A stretch of 64,000 nucleotides of DNA from Candidatus Micrarchaeota archaeon RBG_16_49_10 (GCA_001784635.1 MFRS01000003.1:30777-94776); one strand, 5' to 3'. Shown: positions 10,441 to 21,282, counted from the stretch's first letter. Notes: generated by a model not told the origin, from the sequence alone. Numbers and translations are program-made.

Positions 10441-12889
10441 TTATACCACCTTTCTGTATCTTCGATGGGTCCAAGCCATCTTCGCCAGGAATAAACTGTA
10501 TTATCTTTTTTGACGAGTCCCTGACGGTCCCGTCATATTCTACTTTAAGGTCTTTCAAGGCCCCGATAAGCCTTCTCTCGAGGTAACCGCTGTGCCTTGT
10601 CTTGAGGGACTTGTCCATCAGGCCCTCCCTACTGTTCATCGCGTCGAAGAAGAATTCGAACGGGGAAAGCCCCTGCTTGTAGCCATTGGTGACAAAGCCC
10701 TTTGACTCCAGGCTTATGTCGCCTTTCTTAAAGTGAGAGAAAGTCCTGTTGTGATACCCTATGTAGATTCTCTCTCCCTTGACTGTCTCCTGTCCGATAA
10801 GGCGGGCGGCTTGCACTATGTTTATGATGCTGCCCCTAGCCCCACTTTTCGCCATCAGCACAATGCTCGTCTCTGGGATGTCCTTTTTGACTATGCTTGT
10901 GACTTCATTCAAAATGTCGGCCAGCATGTTTTTTATTGAAAGCTCTAACGAATCCCTGGTTGTCCTCCCGATTATCGCCTTTATTTTGCCTTTGTTGAAG
11001 TCTTCTATCATCTTGTCCACGTTCCTCTCGGTTTTTTTGATGACCTCTCTCACCTTTTTGTCTATCTCAGGTGACAAGTCCAAATCCGCTATGGATATGC
11101 TGAAGCCATATCTGGTTAAGACTTCAAGTGAAATCCTGGTTATATCGAACATGAATCTCTTTGCGAAGCTGTGGCCGTACTGCTTGTCCAGCTCGTCCAG
11201 CAGCTTCCCCTTGAAGGCACCCATGCCTTTAGATCCTATAGACCCTGCAACCAAATTACCGTTTTTAATCACGACTGTGTCGCTTTTGTCCTTGTACTCT
11301 AAGGATAAGTCCTTGGGCAGGAAAAGGCTGAAAAGTTCTTTGCCGTTGAAGGTCTTCTTTTCAGGTATTTCGATTTCAAAGTTGCAGAATCTGACTATAT
11401 CCACAACGTCCTCCCTTGAAATCTTGATTTTGTTGCCTGTCAGCAAGAATAAACCGGCTATATGATCCTTTGTAGCTCCTATAATCGGTCCGCTGAATCT
11501 CGGGCTTCTTATCTGCAGAGTGGCGTTGGCCAACAGCTTTGTCTCCACCTGGGCCTCTATGGTCTGGGGGGCGTGCAAATTCATCTCGTCCCCGTCGAAG
11601 TCCGCGTTGTAGGGCGGGCAGTTCAGGGTGTTGAGCCTGAATGTCTTGTATGGCAGAACCCTCACCCTATGGCCCATCATCCCCATCCTGTGGAGCGTGG
11701 GTTGCCTATTGAAGATGGTCCAATCCCCATCCTGCAACTGCCTCTCTGCTATATAGCCGACTTCAAGCTTTTCGGCAATCTCTTCCTTGTTCATTTCGGT
11801 TATCTTCTTTTTGGCGCCGTCTGACCTCAGGATATAGTTGACAGTAGGCCAGCTCGGGTAGTTCAATATCAGTTTTTTGATATGCCCTATATTCTTATCG
11901 TTCAAGACAACTGGTATGGTTATCTCTTGGGCTATAGAAAGCGGGACTCCAACCTCATCTATGTCCAGCATAGTGTCGGGGCTTATGACTGTCCTGGCCG
12001 AATAGTTGACCCTCTTCCCCAAAAGGTTGTGCCTAAACCTCCCGTCCTTCCCCTTAAGCCTCTGTGTCAAAGTCTTCAAAATCCTGCCAGACCTGTGTCT
12101 GGCCGGCGGGACTCCCGAAATTTCGTTGTTTATGTAAGTGGCAACGTGGTATTGGAGAAGCTCCCACAAATCCTGGATTATGAACTCGGGGGCGCCCAGG
12201 TCTATGTTCTCCTTCAGCCGCTTGTTTATCCTTACTATGTCGACCAGCTTGTGCGTCAAGTCGTCCTCTGACCTCTCGCCTGTCTCAAGGGTGATTGATG
12301 GCCTCATTGTAACAGGAGGGACCGGCAGGAGGGAAATCACAAAATTCTCAGGCCTGACCTCCTTGAATCCTAGGGTAGTTAAATCTTCAGTCTTTATCTT
12401 TTCCAGCCTCTCCCTTACCTCCGCCGCTGATAGGATTGCGCTCCCTTCCGTGAAGGTCGTGGGTTTTATGAACTTTATTTTCTTCTGTCTTTCGCCGCAA
12501 TAGGGGCATTTAGTTTTAATGAGATTCCTTAGGACCTTGAGGGACTTTCTCCCTTTGTTGAACTTTTCAAGCCCGGCCTCATCCAGAAGTATTCTGTCGC
12601 AGCTTCTGCATATCAGCTTCAGGATGTTGTAGATGAGTTTAGCGTAATTCACGTTGATAACGGGCCTTGTCAAGTCCAAATGTCCAAAATGCCCCTTGCA
12701 ATCCCCGGTAGACCCTCCGCATGTCCTGCAACGTAGACCGGGGTCTATAATGCCTAGCCTTGGGTCCATGAGGCCACCCTCTATCGGGTAACCTTCCTGG
12801 TCGTAAAGGTCTGTCTTGTTTATTTTCGCGACTGACATTTTCCTTATAATTTCAGGGTCCAAGACGCCAAACACAACTTTGTCTATCAT
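10412..12889 (-). CDS. rpoA1: RNA polymerase subunit A' (Rpo1N)
   Basis: Catalytic [11 protein letters not shown], Zn motifs [23 protein letters not shown]. Confidence 0.98.
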   Translation of the reverse strand: MIDKVVFGVLDPEIIRKMSVAKINKTDLYDQEGYPIEGGLMDPRLGIIDPGLRCRTCGGSTGDCKGHFGHLDLTRPVINVNYAKLIYNILKLICRSCDRILLDEAGLEKFNKGRKSLKVLRNLIKTKCPYCGERQKKIKFIKPTTFTEGSAILSAAEVRERLEKIKTEDLTTLGFKEVRPENFVISLLPVPPVTMRPSITLETGERSEDDLTHKLVDIVRINKRLKENIDLGAPEFIIQDLWELLQYHVATYINNEISGVPPARHRSGRILKTLTQRLKGKDGRFRHNLLGKRVNYSARTVISPDTMLDIDEVGVPLSIAQEITIPVVLNDKNIGHIKKLILNYPSWPTVNYILRSDGAKKKITEMNKEEIAEKLEVGYIAERQLQDGDWTIFNRQPTLHRMGMMGHRVRVLPYKTFRLNTLNCPPYNADFDGDEMNLHAPQTIEAQVETKLLANATLQIRSPRFSGPIIGATKDHIAGLFLLTGNKIKISREDVVDIVRFCNFEIEIPEKKTFNGKELFSLFLPKDLSLEYKDKSDTVVIKNGNLVAGSIGSKGMGAFKGKLLDELDKQYGHSFAKRFMFDITRISLEVLTRYGFSISIADLDLSPEIDKKVREVIKKTERNVDKMIEDFNKGKIKAIIGRTTRDSLELSIKNMLADILNEVTSIVKKDIPETSIVLMAKSGARGSIINIVQAARLIGQETVKGERIYIGYHNRTFSHFKKGDISLESKGFVTNGYKQGLSPFEFFFDAMNSREGLMDKSLKTRHSGYLERRLIGALKDLKVEYDGTVRDSSKKIIQFIPGEDGLDPSKIQKGGINVAKIAERI

Positions 12890-12893
12890 GACA

Positions 12894-14690
12894 TCACTCC
12901 TCCTTTACGACAATCTTGGGGTAGATTAGCATACTCTTGAGCTCGTCCAGCAAAAGCTTGAAGGCATAGGATATTTCTACCGGCGTAGCCTTTGAGTCGC
13001 CACAAACAGCGCAATATACCTTGTTCTTTGCCCTGTCCTCGACGCTGAAAAGGCCGCAAGTCTTACAGACGAATAATTTGGCCCTGTCTGAATCCAGCCT
13101 CTCCTTCAAAAGAAGCGAAGAGCCATGCGCTATCAAAGCGTCCTTCTCCATCTCACCGAGCCTAAGGCCTCCCCTTTTGGCCTTTCCCTCGGTTGGTTGT
13201 TTTGTAAGAAGTGTGGTCGGTCCCCTCGACCTGGCATGTATCTTGTTTGACACTAGATGGTCCAGTTTTTGGTAGAAGACGCTACCTATGAAAATCCTTT
13301 CTTGGAATTTAGTGCCTGTCTCCCCAACATAAAGATTCTCCCTTCCATCATCGCTGAATCCGAAGCTTTTTAGTTTTTCTCTCAGCTCGCTTTCCGGAAT
13401 GGAATGGAAAGGCGGTGAAATGATACTTTTGCCTTCCAAAGAAGCCATTTTTGCGGCGATTATCTCCAACAGCTTCCCCATAGTCATTCTGGAAGGTATA
13501 CCTAGTGGGTTGAACAGCAAGTCTGGTATTATGCCGTCTTTCGTGAAAGGCATGTCCTCTTGAGGGACAATAAGTCCGATTACCCCTTTTTGACCGTGCC
13601 TGCTGGCCACCTTGTCCCCGAGCTCTGGTCTTTTGAGGTCTCTAATCACGAGCTTTATCAATTTATTGCCGTCGTTGCTTTCTGTCAAAAAAACCCTGTC
13701 CACAATACCGTTTTCGCCGTGTCTCAGCTTGATGGAAGTCTCTCTGACATTCTCTAACCCGGTTATGAATTGGTCCAGGCTACCGAGGAACCTCAATGGG
13801 GAAGTCTTCCCTATTATTATCTGCTCCGATGTCACTTCCGTTTCTGGGTCGGCTATGCCGTCCTCGGAAAGGTGCTTGTAAACGTCTTCGCCTCCATATC
13901 CCCTGACCCCAGGCTCGGGAATTCCAATCACATCCTCCTGGCCGCCCATGTACCTCTTTTCCTCTGTCTCGTATGTCCTGAACAGGTAGCTCCAGAAAAG
14001 GCCCCTCTCTATTGAAGCCTTGTTTATTATGACGCCGTCCTCCATGTTGAAGCCTTTGTAAGACATTATGCCTATTATCAAGTTCTGGCCGCCCGGATGG
14101 TCCTCTGTGTTTATGATGTCATGCATGTGGGTTTTGACTATTGGGGCTTGAGGGTAAACCATTATGTTGGACTTCGTGTCGACCCTTCTAAGGAAATTCA
14201 GCAGGAAAAGCCCTATGGACTGCCCAACCATCTTTGAGCCGAAATTGACCCTGTCACCACGATTGAACTCCGGGAAAGGTATCAATGAAGTTGAAATCCC
14301 CAAAATCACCGTAGGGTCCAGCTCAAGGTGCGTATGCTCCTTCGTTATGTCGGCAGGCCTCAATGCAACGTATGCGTTCTCCTCCTCTTCCGCATCGAGG
14401 TATTCTATAACGCCTTCCCTTATCAAATCGGACCATTTTTTCACGCCTTTTTCTATGTCCTCCATGTGCTTGCTTGTGAGCTTCGGTGTTCCGTTCTCCA
14501 CTATTATCAATGGTCTCCTTGCCCTTCCCCCATTGGTGTTTATGAACATGGTGTCCTGATGCGTCAGGTAAGAGAAGTTCACTTGGTCTGGGATTTTGTT
14601 GCTTCTTCGCAACTCCCTCAATTTCTCTACCAAAGACTCGGCGTTCTTCGTCTCGCCGACGAACCGACCATCCATGAAAACCTCAGTCAT
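12894..14690 (-). CDS. rpoB1: RNA polymerase subunit B' (Rpo2 C-terminal part)
   Basis: GDKVASRHGQKG, GGLRLGEMEKD, C-terminal CKTC/CAVC zinc ribbon. Confidence 0.97.
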   Translation of the reverse strand: MTEVFMDGRFVGETKNAESLVEKLRELRRSNKIPDQVNFSYLTHQDTMFINTNGGRARRPLIIVENGTPKLTSKHMEDIEKGVKKWSDLIREGVIEYLDAEEEENAYVALRPADITKEHTHLELDPTVILGISTSLIPFPEFNRGDRVNFGSKMVGQSIGLFLLNFLRRVDTKSNIMVYPQAPIVKTHMHDIINTEDHPGGQNLIIGIMSYKGFNMEDGVIINKASIERGLFWSYLFRTYETEEKRYMGGQEDVIGIPEPGVRGYGGEDVYKHLSEDGIADPETEVTSEQIIIGKTSPLRFLGSLDQFITGLENVRETSIKLRHGENGIVDRVFLTESNDGNKLIKLVIRDLKRPELGDKVASRHGQKGVIGLIVPQEDMPFTKDGIIPDLLFNPLGIPSRMTMGKLLEIIAAKMASLEGKSIISPPFHSIPESELREKLKSFGFSDDGRENLYVGETGTKFQERIFIGSVFYQKLDHLVSNKIHARSRGPTTLLTKQPTEGKAKRGGLRLGEMEKDALIAHGSSLLLKERLDSDRAKLFVCKTCGLFSVEDRAKNKVYCAVCGDSKATPVEISYAFKLLLDELKSMLIYPKIVVKEE

Positions 14691-14694
14691 AGAA

Positions 14695-16176
14695 TCACTC
14701 CAAACCTTTTTTAACCAAGTTAAACAACAGCTTCTCTTCCTTTTCGGAGAGGCCTTTTGTGATATCGGACATCGAGGCCAGGTATTTCCTCAGCCCGATT
14801 GTCGCACCTTCCGGCGTCTGAGATGGGTCTATCCTCCCCCAATGGGTCGGGTGGAGTTCTCTGGCCTTGAAGTGCTCTTGGGTTGATGTCAGGGGTGACA
14901 GAACATTCCTCATATGGGAAACCGATTTTATGTAGCTGTCCCTCTCTAGCCTCTGCGAAACTCCTGTCCTTCCGCCGACCCAAGACCCTATAGCCATCGC
15001 CGAGATGATTTGATTTGTTAAGACGTTTGATTCGACAATGGAAGGTAATGGGGGGAATCTGCCCCTTTTTGTAAGTTTTTGGTAATTGTAATTTATCCTT
15101 GTGATGAGTCCCCATTTGCCAAGAAGTATTGACCTCAAGAGAACCTCAAGCAAGTCGCCGACGAGCTTAAGCCTCTTGTTGGAGTAGTGATCCAAGTCGT
15201 CCTCGGGTATTTTGCCGTCGTGGAATCTTATCAGCTTGTTTACCGCCTTGGAGAGGTATATGGCCTTTTCAAGCCTGTTGACCTTTTCCTGTCCTATGTG
15301 CGGGAGAAGATAGCGGTCGATTATTTTTTCCGCCCTTTCAGACCTGTACTCCTTTTGAGGGATTTTAAGGTGGGAGCCTATTTCCTCCATGGCCTCTTTG
15401 GGGTTTGTGGATCCGGACTCGAAGAGGTTCTGGTAGAATTCCTGCTGGGTCCCCTCGTCAGCCGAAATTGCAGACAATATGTCCTTGTCAGACTCGAGGC
15501 CCAAAGCCCTCAGGAGAATCGTGATGGGTAGTTTGTTTATGTTGGCGAAATTTATCCTGATTATTCCGTCCGTCTTCCTTTCCAATATGTGCCTCTGGAT
15601 GTAGCCGTCCTTTTCCGAATGAATCCTGCACGTCTCGGAGATGTTTGATATGTTCGACTTCTCAACTATAATCCTGTTTGGGGCTATCTCCTCTATCAAT
15701 ACCAAAACCCTTTCGGTGCCGTTTATGATGAAATAACCTCCTGGGTCGTCTGGGTCCTCGCCGTTTTCCATGAGTTCCTTCCTGCTCATGTTCGACAGAG
15801 AGCATATTTTGGATTTCAGCATCACGGGCAAGTCCCCGAAATTAACAAGCATCGTCTCGCTCTCTATTCCGTTCAGGATCGGCGTCATCTCTATGAACAT
15901 GGGTGCCGCATAGGTCAAATTCCTCATCCTTGCCTCCAGCGGGAGGATTTCCCTGACCGAACCGTCGGCCTCTTTGACGGAAGGTGTACCTATCTTGAAT
16001 CTCCCAAGCTTTATTTTGAACTCCCCTATGTCAGGGACCTCGGGTTTTATCTCCTTTATTTGTTTTATTATGTTGGGTATTCTGGTCTCTATAAAATCGT
16101 CGTAGGACTTTATTTGGAAGTCCGCGAACCCCTTTTCCTCAAAGTAAGACTTTAAAAGCAACTTGAAGCTTTCCAT
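14695..16176 (-). CDS. rpoB2: RNA polymerase subunit B'' (Rpo2 N-terminal part)
   Basis: EARMRNLTY, GGYFIINGTERV, RELHPTHWG, TPEG. Confidence 0.97.
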   Translation of the reverse strand: MESFKLLLKSYFEEKGFADFQIKSYDDFIETRIPNIIKQIKEIKPEVPDIGEFKIKLGRFKIGTPSVKEADGSVREILPLEARMRNLTYAAPMFIEMTPILNGIESETMLVNFGDLPVMLKSKICSLSNMSRKELMENGEDPDDPGGYFIINGTERVLVLIEEIAPNRIIVEKSNISNISETCRIHSEKDGYIQRHILERKTDGIIRINFANINKLPITILLRALGLESDKDILSAISADEGTQQEFYQNLFESGSTNPKEAMEEIGSHLKIPQKEYRSERAEKIIDRYLLPHIGQEKVNRLEKAIYLSKAVNKLIRFHDGKIPEDDLDHYSNKRLKLVGDLLEVLLRSILLGKWGLITRINYNYQKLTKRGRFPPLPSIVESNVLTNQIISAMAIGSWVGGRTGVSQRLERDSYIKSVSHMRNVLSPLTSTQEHFKARELHPTHWGRIDPSQTPEGATIGLRKYLASMSDITKGLSEKEEKLLFNLVKKGLE

Positions 16177-16422
16177 CTACTCCACCACAATCCTATAATA
16201 GACCGTCTCCCCGAAAATAGTACTCTTTTTTGTAATTTCTAACAAATCCCCTTTTTTTGCCTCTATAACCTTGATAACTGGATCCTTCTTGAGTATTCTT
16301 GGGAATTGAGAGTCACTTTTGATCCTGAACCGCTTCTTCACCTCCTCCTTTTCTTCGGGGGAGAGAATCCTGTGTTTTGGCACTAGTTCGTGCTTTGTTA
16401 TGTCTATTTCCTCTGCAGTCAA
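16177..16422 (-). CDS. rpoH: RNA polymerase subunit H (Rpo5)
   Basis: HELVPKHRIL, FPRILKKDP, YYRIV; start placed at TTG 16422 behind a GGTGA SD. Confidence 0.95.
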   Translation of the reverse strand: MTAEEIDITKHELVPKHRILSPEEKEEVKKRFRIKSDSQFPRILKKDPVIKVIEAKKGDLLEITKKSTIFGETVYYRIVVE

Positions 16423-16436
16423 CCTATCACCAACCA

Positions 16437-16540
16437 CGCCCTGGCCGGGATTTGAACCCGGGTCCCAGGAGATCTGCCATTATTTATTGACCAATAACGA
16501 TGACAGTCCTGGATGATAGACCTGGCTACACTACCAGAGC
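16437..16540 (-). tRNA. tRNA-Asp(GTC) with 29-nt intron at 37/38 (16472-16500)
   Basis: Acceptor GCTCTGG/CCAGGGC, anticodon arm CAGGA-CTGTCA^C-TCCTG, T arm CCGGG-TTCAAAT-CCCGG; BHB helix CTGT/GCAG. Confidence 0.93.
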
Positions 16541-16613
16541 ACTCACTTGTTATAAAAAAAGAACTAATTGGGTTGGAAGGGCCGATCAATAAATAACCAC
16601 CGTTTTGGAAGGG

Positions 16614-16728
16614 TGTTGGCAATGTCCTGGTTTTCCCGCCCTAAGGCAGTACACGCCAGATCACTGGAAAGCTTAACTTCTGTGTTCGAATGGGAACAGG
16701 TGTTTCCTTTCCGTTTTGATCGCCAACA
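16614..16728 (-). rRNA. rrf: 5S rRNA (unlinked from 16S/23S)
   Basis: Minus strand reads ACACCTGTTCCCATTCGAACACAGAAGTTAAGC (conserved 5S core); terminal helix TGTTGGCG/TGCCAACA; about 115 nt. Confidence 0.9.
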
Positions 16729-16893
16729 TAATCTATTATACCGATATTTATTTAAATATTGCCGATACCCCAGTTTTCGCTGTTTAACAATTTAAAATTT
16801 TGGTTTTTTGGAGGAGTTTGTGGTATAAGTTGGTATAGGGGGACCTTCAGAGTTCATTTTAGTCACACTAAATCATCTTCGAAAAAACCAATT

Positions 16894-17118
16894 TTATTGA
16901 TTAGCTGGTTTTAATACACTACCCACTCTAATAGGATATATTTTTTTATCAATTGTTATATACCCAAAATCGAGAGTTGTATCATCATTTAAATCCACAC
17001 TTTCTAAAATTCCAACAATTGGCTTTGAAAATAATCCATCTTCTTGGTAGGTAACTCTAGTACCTAGTGTTAATCTTGTTATATCATAACGGAAAGCCAT
17101 ATTTTCACCTATCTTCAA
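16894..17118 (-). CDS. Hypothetical protein (small AT-rich ORFan, beta-rich)
   Basis: 74-aa ORF between tRNA-Tyr and 5S rRNA; the true start may be the MAFR ATG at 17100. Confidence 0.45.
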   Translation of the reverse strand: MKIGENMAFRYDITRLTLGTRVTYQEDGLFSKPIVGILESVDLNDDTTLDFGYITIDKKIYPIRVGSVLKPANQ

Positions 17119-17221
17119 ATCTAGAATGTTAAGCTTTTAAGTCTTTCTACAGTCACCCCAAAGTACATAAGTGCTGCAGGAGGTGGCCTTCAAAAATAAA
17201 CACCACTTAAGAAAAAAAGTA

Positions 17222-17337
17222 TCCCCTCGGCCGGATTTGAACCAGCAACCCCTCGGTTTCTGACAAACACCTGCTGGTGCCAAACACGAAAAAGTGCCTG
17301 ACTACAGCCGAGTGCTCTACCATTGAGCTACAAGGGG
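17222..17337 (-). tRNA. tRNA-Tyr(GTA) with 44-nt intron at 37/38 (17258-17301)
   Basis: C1-G72 acceptor CCCCTTG/CGAGGGG-A, CTCGG-CTGTAG^A-CCGAG, TTCAAAT T loop. Confidence 0.93.
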
Positions 17338-17362
17338 ACACCTATTAAAAATAGCAGAAAGA

Positions 17363-18769
17363 TTATTTAATTTTTCCCTTTATTATGATCGACTTGGATA
17401 TTGAGACCCTTCTTTTTCCAAGCCTGCTTTCATGCATCATTTTAGCCTTTGGTAGCTCCAGATCGCCTATTATTTCGATTGAAGGCTGTATCTTATAGCT
17501 AAGTATCACCTCTTCACCCGGCCTAATTTTTTCAATTTTCCAAAGAAGGTCAATCCCATCCTCCCTTTTCCTTATCTTGGGCTTCAGCGTGTCGAAACCG
17601 CCGATAACCTTGACCACCGAAGGGACGAAATCCTTCGCAAATATGTTTTTGATTGGTTTTTTGCCCCTGTTTTTTATGTGCAGGGATATTGAGACTTCCT
17701 TGTCCCCTGAGAAGAATCCCCTGTGGTTTTTGACCATTATGGGCCTCCTTAGGTATTTGACCAGGAGGGCAAGCAGAATGCAAGCCAGCAGCAAGGCCAC
17801 CAGGAGGGCGAAGAAATTGAGCCTATAGGTTATGGCTGTGGAATCGTTAGGGTTCAAGTTGGTGATCTCCCAATAGTAATAGGCGTTTTTGTCTTTTATC
17901 TCATGGCTTGCCGGTTCTGTGCTAGGGTAGAAGAAGTAGACCATATATTTTGGTATTGAGTCTGTGAAGGTGAGGTTTGAATTTCTCACATTGCCTTGGT
18001 TCTCGATTCTTATGGTTTTTTTGAAGTAGAAAAGTCCCCACTCGCCCGTCACCTCTTTGGATATCTTTATGTGGTTTTTTATCTCAAAGCTTGTTTCATC
18101 CTCGTCCACTATCTTGTTCAAAGAGTCCCTGATTGAGGCCTCGACAGCGTAATTTCCGGCCTCATAGACGTTCTCTATGTCGAAAAAGACTGTCGATGTG
18201 CCGGTGCTTTTAGGTTCCAACTTGAGGACAGTCTCGGATTTTTTGATCAATTTGCCATCTTTTAAAATATCGGTTGTTACGGTAACTTCCAATAGGTTGT
18301 ATCTGTCCAGGTTGGCCACGACCGATTGGATAGACAAGACTTCGCCTGGGAGAAGTGTCTGTTTGTTTAGCTTTATTTCAGTCAGGATTATGTCAGTCCT
18401 TCTTTTCACGTTGAGGTATAAAGGTAGAGACGAGGTTGAGTCTGTCTCGAGTGATTTTGAGGTTATTGTATATACTTTAACCCCTTCTTCCGTTGTTTCT
18501 GGGAGCTCGACGAACAGTGAGACTTTTTTCGTTTCCCCTGGGCCCAAGGTTACCCAATAAGTCTTCAAATCCACCCAATTGTTTGGCCAAATAGAGATCG
18601 AGACCGTATCGCTTTGGAGGCCACTGTTCTTTATCGGTATTTCGATGATGTTCTGCTCCCCAGCATAAACTGCTATCGCCGAATCTGGCAGCACAAGGGT
18701 GACGTCATTTGCAAGAATTGGCGCCAAACAAAAAGTTAAAGATAACAAAACCAGTAGTAGCTTTTTCAT
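17363..18769 (-). CDS. Membrane-anchored surface protein with Ig-like domains on both sides of a TM helix
   Basis: Signal peptide, IxNxG-type beta-sandwich repeats, TM helix near aa 320-338, further DUF11-like domain after the TM. Confidence 0.65.
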   Translation of the reverse strand: MKKLLLVLLSLTFCLAPILANDVTLVLPDSAIAVYAGEQNIIEIPIKNSGLQSDTVSISIWPNNWVDLKTYWVTLGPGETKKVSLFVELPETTEEGVKVYTITSKSLETDSTSSLPLYLNVKRRTDIILTEIKLNKQTLLPGEVLSIQSVVANLDRYNLLEVTVTTDILKDGKLIKKSETVLKLEPKSTGTSTVFFDIENVYEAGNYAVEASIRDSLNKIVDEDETSFEIKNHIKISKEVTGEWGLFYFKKTIRIENQGNVRNSNLTFTDSIPKYMVYFFYPSTEPASHEIKDKNAYYYWEITNLNPNDSTAITYRLNFFALLVALLLACILLALLVKYLRRPIMVKNHRGFFSGDKEVSISLHIKNRGKKPIKNIFAKDFVPSVVKVIGGFDTLKPKIRKREDGIDLLWKIEKIRPGEEVILSYKIQPSIEIIGDLELPKAKMMHESRLGKRRVSISKSIIIKGKIK

Positions 18770-18813
18770 AAGAAAGGCACCTATATTTATTTCTTTTTTG
18801 TAATTTAAATTTT

Positions 18814-19560
18814 CTATCTGGTTAGCTTTCTAAAAAAGTCTAGGAATCCTTTTTTCTTGGGTTTTTCCGTGCCTTTTTTTTCTGTTTCAGAGGCTTTAGA
18901 AGCTTCCTTTTCGCTAGCCTGAGATATCTTCTCGTCAATTTTTTCTTTTGCTTTGATTAGGGTCTGATCCAGAGGTTCATAAGAGAGCCTGTGCTTCCTC
19001 TGATATGGCAGTATCCACTTAGGTTTCTCGCCGTACCTCTCGGCCCATGTGATCTTGTCCATGGCTATCCTTCCTGGGTTTTCTGGGATTTCATAGGGCA
19101 CTGTTTCTCCTATCGTCAAAATTACGACTGGTTTTATATCATCGTCTGTTATCCCCAAAACCCCTTTGAGTCTCAGCTCATCAAAGGCCCCTACCCAGCA
19201 AGCTCCAAGGCCCAACGCATGCGCGGCCAAAAGCATGTTCTCTGTGCAGGCGGCGGTGTCCTGGATGCAGTATAACTCTCTGCCCCTGTCGCCATATTTG
19301 GAGCTGAATCTTTTCTTATTGGCCAGAACAACTATCAGGGTCGAAGCTTTTTTGATATGCTCTTGCTGCAATGAGACGTTGTATACTTCCTCCTTGACTT
19401 TCTTGTCGCTAACTATGATGAACTCCCATGGTTGTGTATTGCCTGCAGAAGGGGCGTCAAGCCCGGCATCTATTATTTGAACAATCTTTTCAACAGGTAC
19501 GGACTCTTTGCCGTACGCTCTTACAGAACGCCTTCCTTGGATACACTCAAAAACATCCAT
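18814..19560 (-). CDS. Nitroreductase family protein with C-terminal extension
   Basis: RRSVRAY, APSAGNTQPWEF, ENMLLAAHALGLGACWVG; start moved to MDVFECI. Confidence 0.9.
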   Translation of the reverse strand: MDVFECIQGRRSVRAYGKESVPVEKIVQIIDAGLDAPSAGNTQPWEFIIVSDKKVKEEVYNVSLQQEHIKKASTLIVVLANKKRFSSKYGDRGRELYCIQDTAACTENMLLAAHALGLGACWVGAFDELRLKGVLGITDDDIKPVVILTIGETVPYEIPENPGRIAMDKITWAERYGEKPKWILPYQRKHRLSYEPLDQTLIKAKEKIDEKISQASEKEASKASETEKKGTEKPKKKGFLDFFRKLTR

Positions 19561-19611
19561 GATTAAGTATTGTGTGTATGAAATATTAACTTTTAGGACA
19601 AAGATATTCTT

Positions 19612-21282
19612 ATGAGGTACATTGAGCTTGTCAAGACTTACACACAACTTGAGAAGGAACCCGGAAAGCTGAAAAAAGTGGAAATTTTATCCGAACTGTT
19701 CTCTAAGACTCCGGAGGAGGTCCTGGAAAAGGTTGTCACTCTGTCAATGGGGAGGGTTTTCCCCGCGTATTCCGACAAAAAGACCGGCGTAGCAACCCAG
19801 ATGATGATTAAGATTATATCTAAGACGACTGGGCTGTCGGAAAAGGATGTGGTCAATAAGCTGAAAAATCTTGGGGACTTGGGGATAGTCGCTGAGAAGT
19901 GCATGGAAGCTAAAAGACAAGCGTCTTTATTCACCAGGAATCTTACTGTAGATGATGTCGTAACTAATGTTGAAAAGCTGTCCGATTTGGTCGGAAAAGG
20001 TTCCCAGGAGAAAAAAATAGGCTTAATATCCAATTTGCTGTCCTCTTCAAAGCCAGAAGAGGCAAAATATCTCATAAAAACCGTTATTGAGACTTTTAGA
20101 ATCGGGGTGGCGGAAGGGATTGTCAGGGACGCCATAGCAAAGTCTTTCGGTGTGAATCCTACACTTGTGGAAAATGCATGGTTCTTGAGGCCTAATTACG
20201 GGGAAATAGCTGTCGTAGCCAAAAAAGGAGGCAATGAAGCCCTAGAAAGGATTGAGATGGAGCCTGGGAAGCCGATAGTGGTTATGCTGGGGGAAAAAGA
20301 ACCGAGCATCGAGGAGGCGATAGACAAATATGAGGATGCCGGTGCTGAATGGAAGTTCGATGGGGTGAGGCTTCAAATCCACAAGAAAGACGGTAAAATC
20401 TGGCTCTTCACTAGGAGACTGGAAAATGTCACTGGCCAGTTCCCGGAGATAGCTGAATACGCCAAATCCCTGAACGCGAAAAGTTGCATAATTGAAGGGG
20501 AATGTATAGCAACCGATAAAGAAGGCAACCCCTTGCCCTTCCAGAAGCTCTCGAGGAGGGTTCAAAGAAAGTATGACATAAAGGAGATGACAAGGAAAGT
20601 CCCTGTGAGGGTGTACCTTTTTGACATAGTCTACCTCAACTCAAAACCATTGATGGGGGAGATTTTCTCAAAAAGGCGCGAGAAGCTTGAGAAGGTTGTC
20701 AAACCAATTCCAAAGAAGTTCGAAATCGTGGAACAGCTGAGAACGAAGGATTTGAAAAAGGTAAGGGAATTCTACAAGAAATCCCTTGAAAGCAAACAAG
20801 AGGGTTTGATGATAAAAAATATGGCTGCGAAATACCAGCCCGGCAGAAGGGTCGGGTCATGGATAAAAATAAAACCGGTGTTGGAGCCGCTGGATCTGGT
20901 TATAACTGGGGCTGAGTGGGGAAAAGGTAAGAGATCTAAATGGTTAAGCTCGGTAGAGCTGTCGTGTAGGGATGCCGACTCCGGGGAGTTCCTAGAATGT
21001 GGAAAACTCGGGACTGGGTTGACTGACGAGCAGTTCGGAGATCTGACAAGGAAACTGAAAAAACTCATAGTAAAAGAGGACGGTGTGAATGTCAAGGTCA
21101 AGCCGGAGATAGTGGTGGAGGTAGGCTACGAGGAGATACAGAAATCCCCGAAATATGGGTCGGGCTTCGCTCTGAGGTTCCCACGACTCTTGAGGTTCAG
21201 GGAATCCGACAAAAAAGCAGTGGATGCTGACACTTTAGAAAGGGTTGAGAGTATCTTCAAACAGCAATTTTCAGATGTTTGA
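19612..21282 (+). CDS. lig: ATP-dependent DNA ligase
   Basis: Motif I EWKFDGVR, EGE, YLFDI, EGLMIK, WIKIK, LRFPR. Confidence 0.97.
   Translation: MRYIELVKTYTQLEKEPGKLKKVEILSELFSKTPEEVLEKVVTLSMGRVFPAYSDKKTGVATQMMIKIISKTTGLSEKDVVNKLKNLGDLGIVAEKCMEAKRQASLFTRNLTVDDVVTNVEKLSDLVGKGSQEKKIGLISNLLSSSKPEEAKYLIKTVIETFRIGVAEGIVRDAIAKSFGVNPTLVENAWFLRPNYGEIAVVAKKGGNEALERIEMEPGKPIVVMLGEKEPSIEEAIDKYEDAGAEWKFDGVRLQIHKKDGKIWLFTRRLENVTGQFPEIAEYAKSLNAKSCIIEGECIATDKEGNPLPFQKLSRRVQRKYDIKEMTRKVPVRVYLFDIVYLNSKPLMGEIFSKRREKLEKVVKPIPKKFEIVEQLRTKDLKKVREFYKKSLESKQEGLMIKNMAAKYQPGRRVGSWIKIKPVLEPLDLVITGAEWGKGKRSKWLSSVELSCRDADSGEFLECGKLGTGLTDEQFGDLTRKLKKLIVKEDGVNVKVKPEIVVEVGYEEIQKSPKYGSGFALRFPRLLRFRESDKKAVDADTLERVESIFKQQFSDV

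Noticed and set aside
4071..15531. Many long antisense ORFs over tuf, fusA and rpo genes
   Set aside because: They are shadow frames of strongly biased coding sequence with no motifs; the same applies to antisense ORFs elsewhere in the window
9313..16176. Split RpoA and RpoB genes as possible frameshifts
   Set aside because: The A'/A'' and B''/B' splits are established archaeal features, and each part has its own start and SD
3690..16790. Similar AGTTTTCG(G/C)TGTT(G/T)AA strings upstream of rps10 (about 3692) and 5S rRNA (about 16772)
   Set aside because: Only two imperfect AT-rich copies at different distances from TATA; not distinguishable from chance
17150..17190. Imperfect hairpin downstream of tRNA-Tyr
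   Set aside because: It is short, relies on G-U pairs on the non-transcribed strand and has no recognisable ncRNA motif
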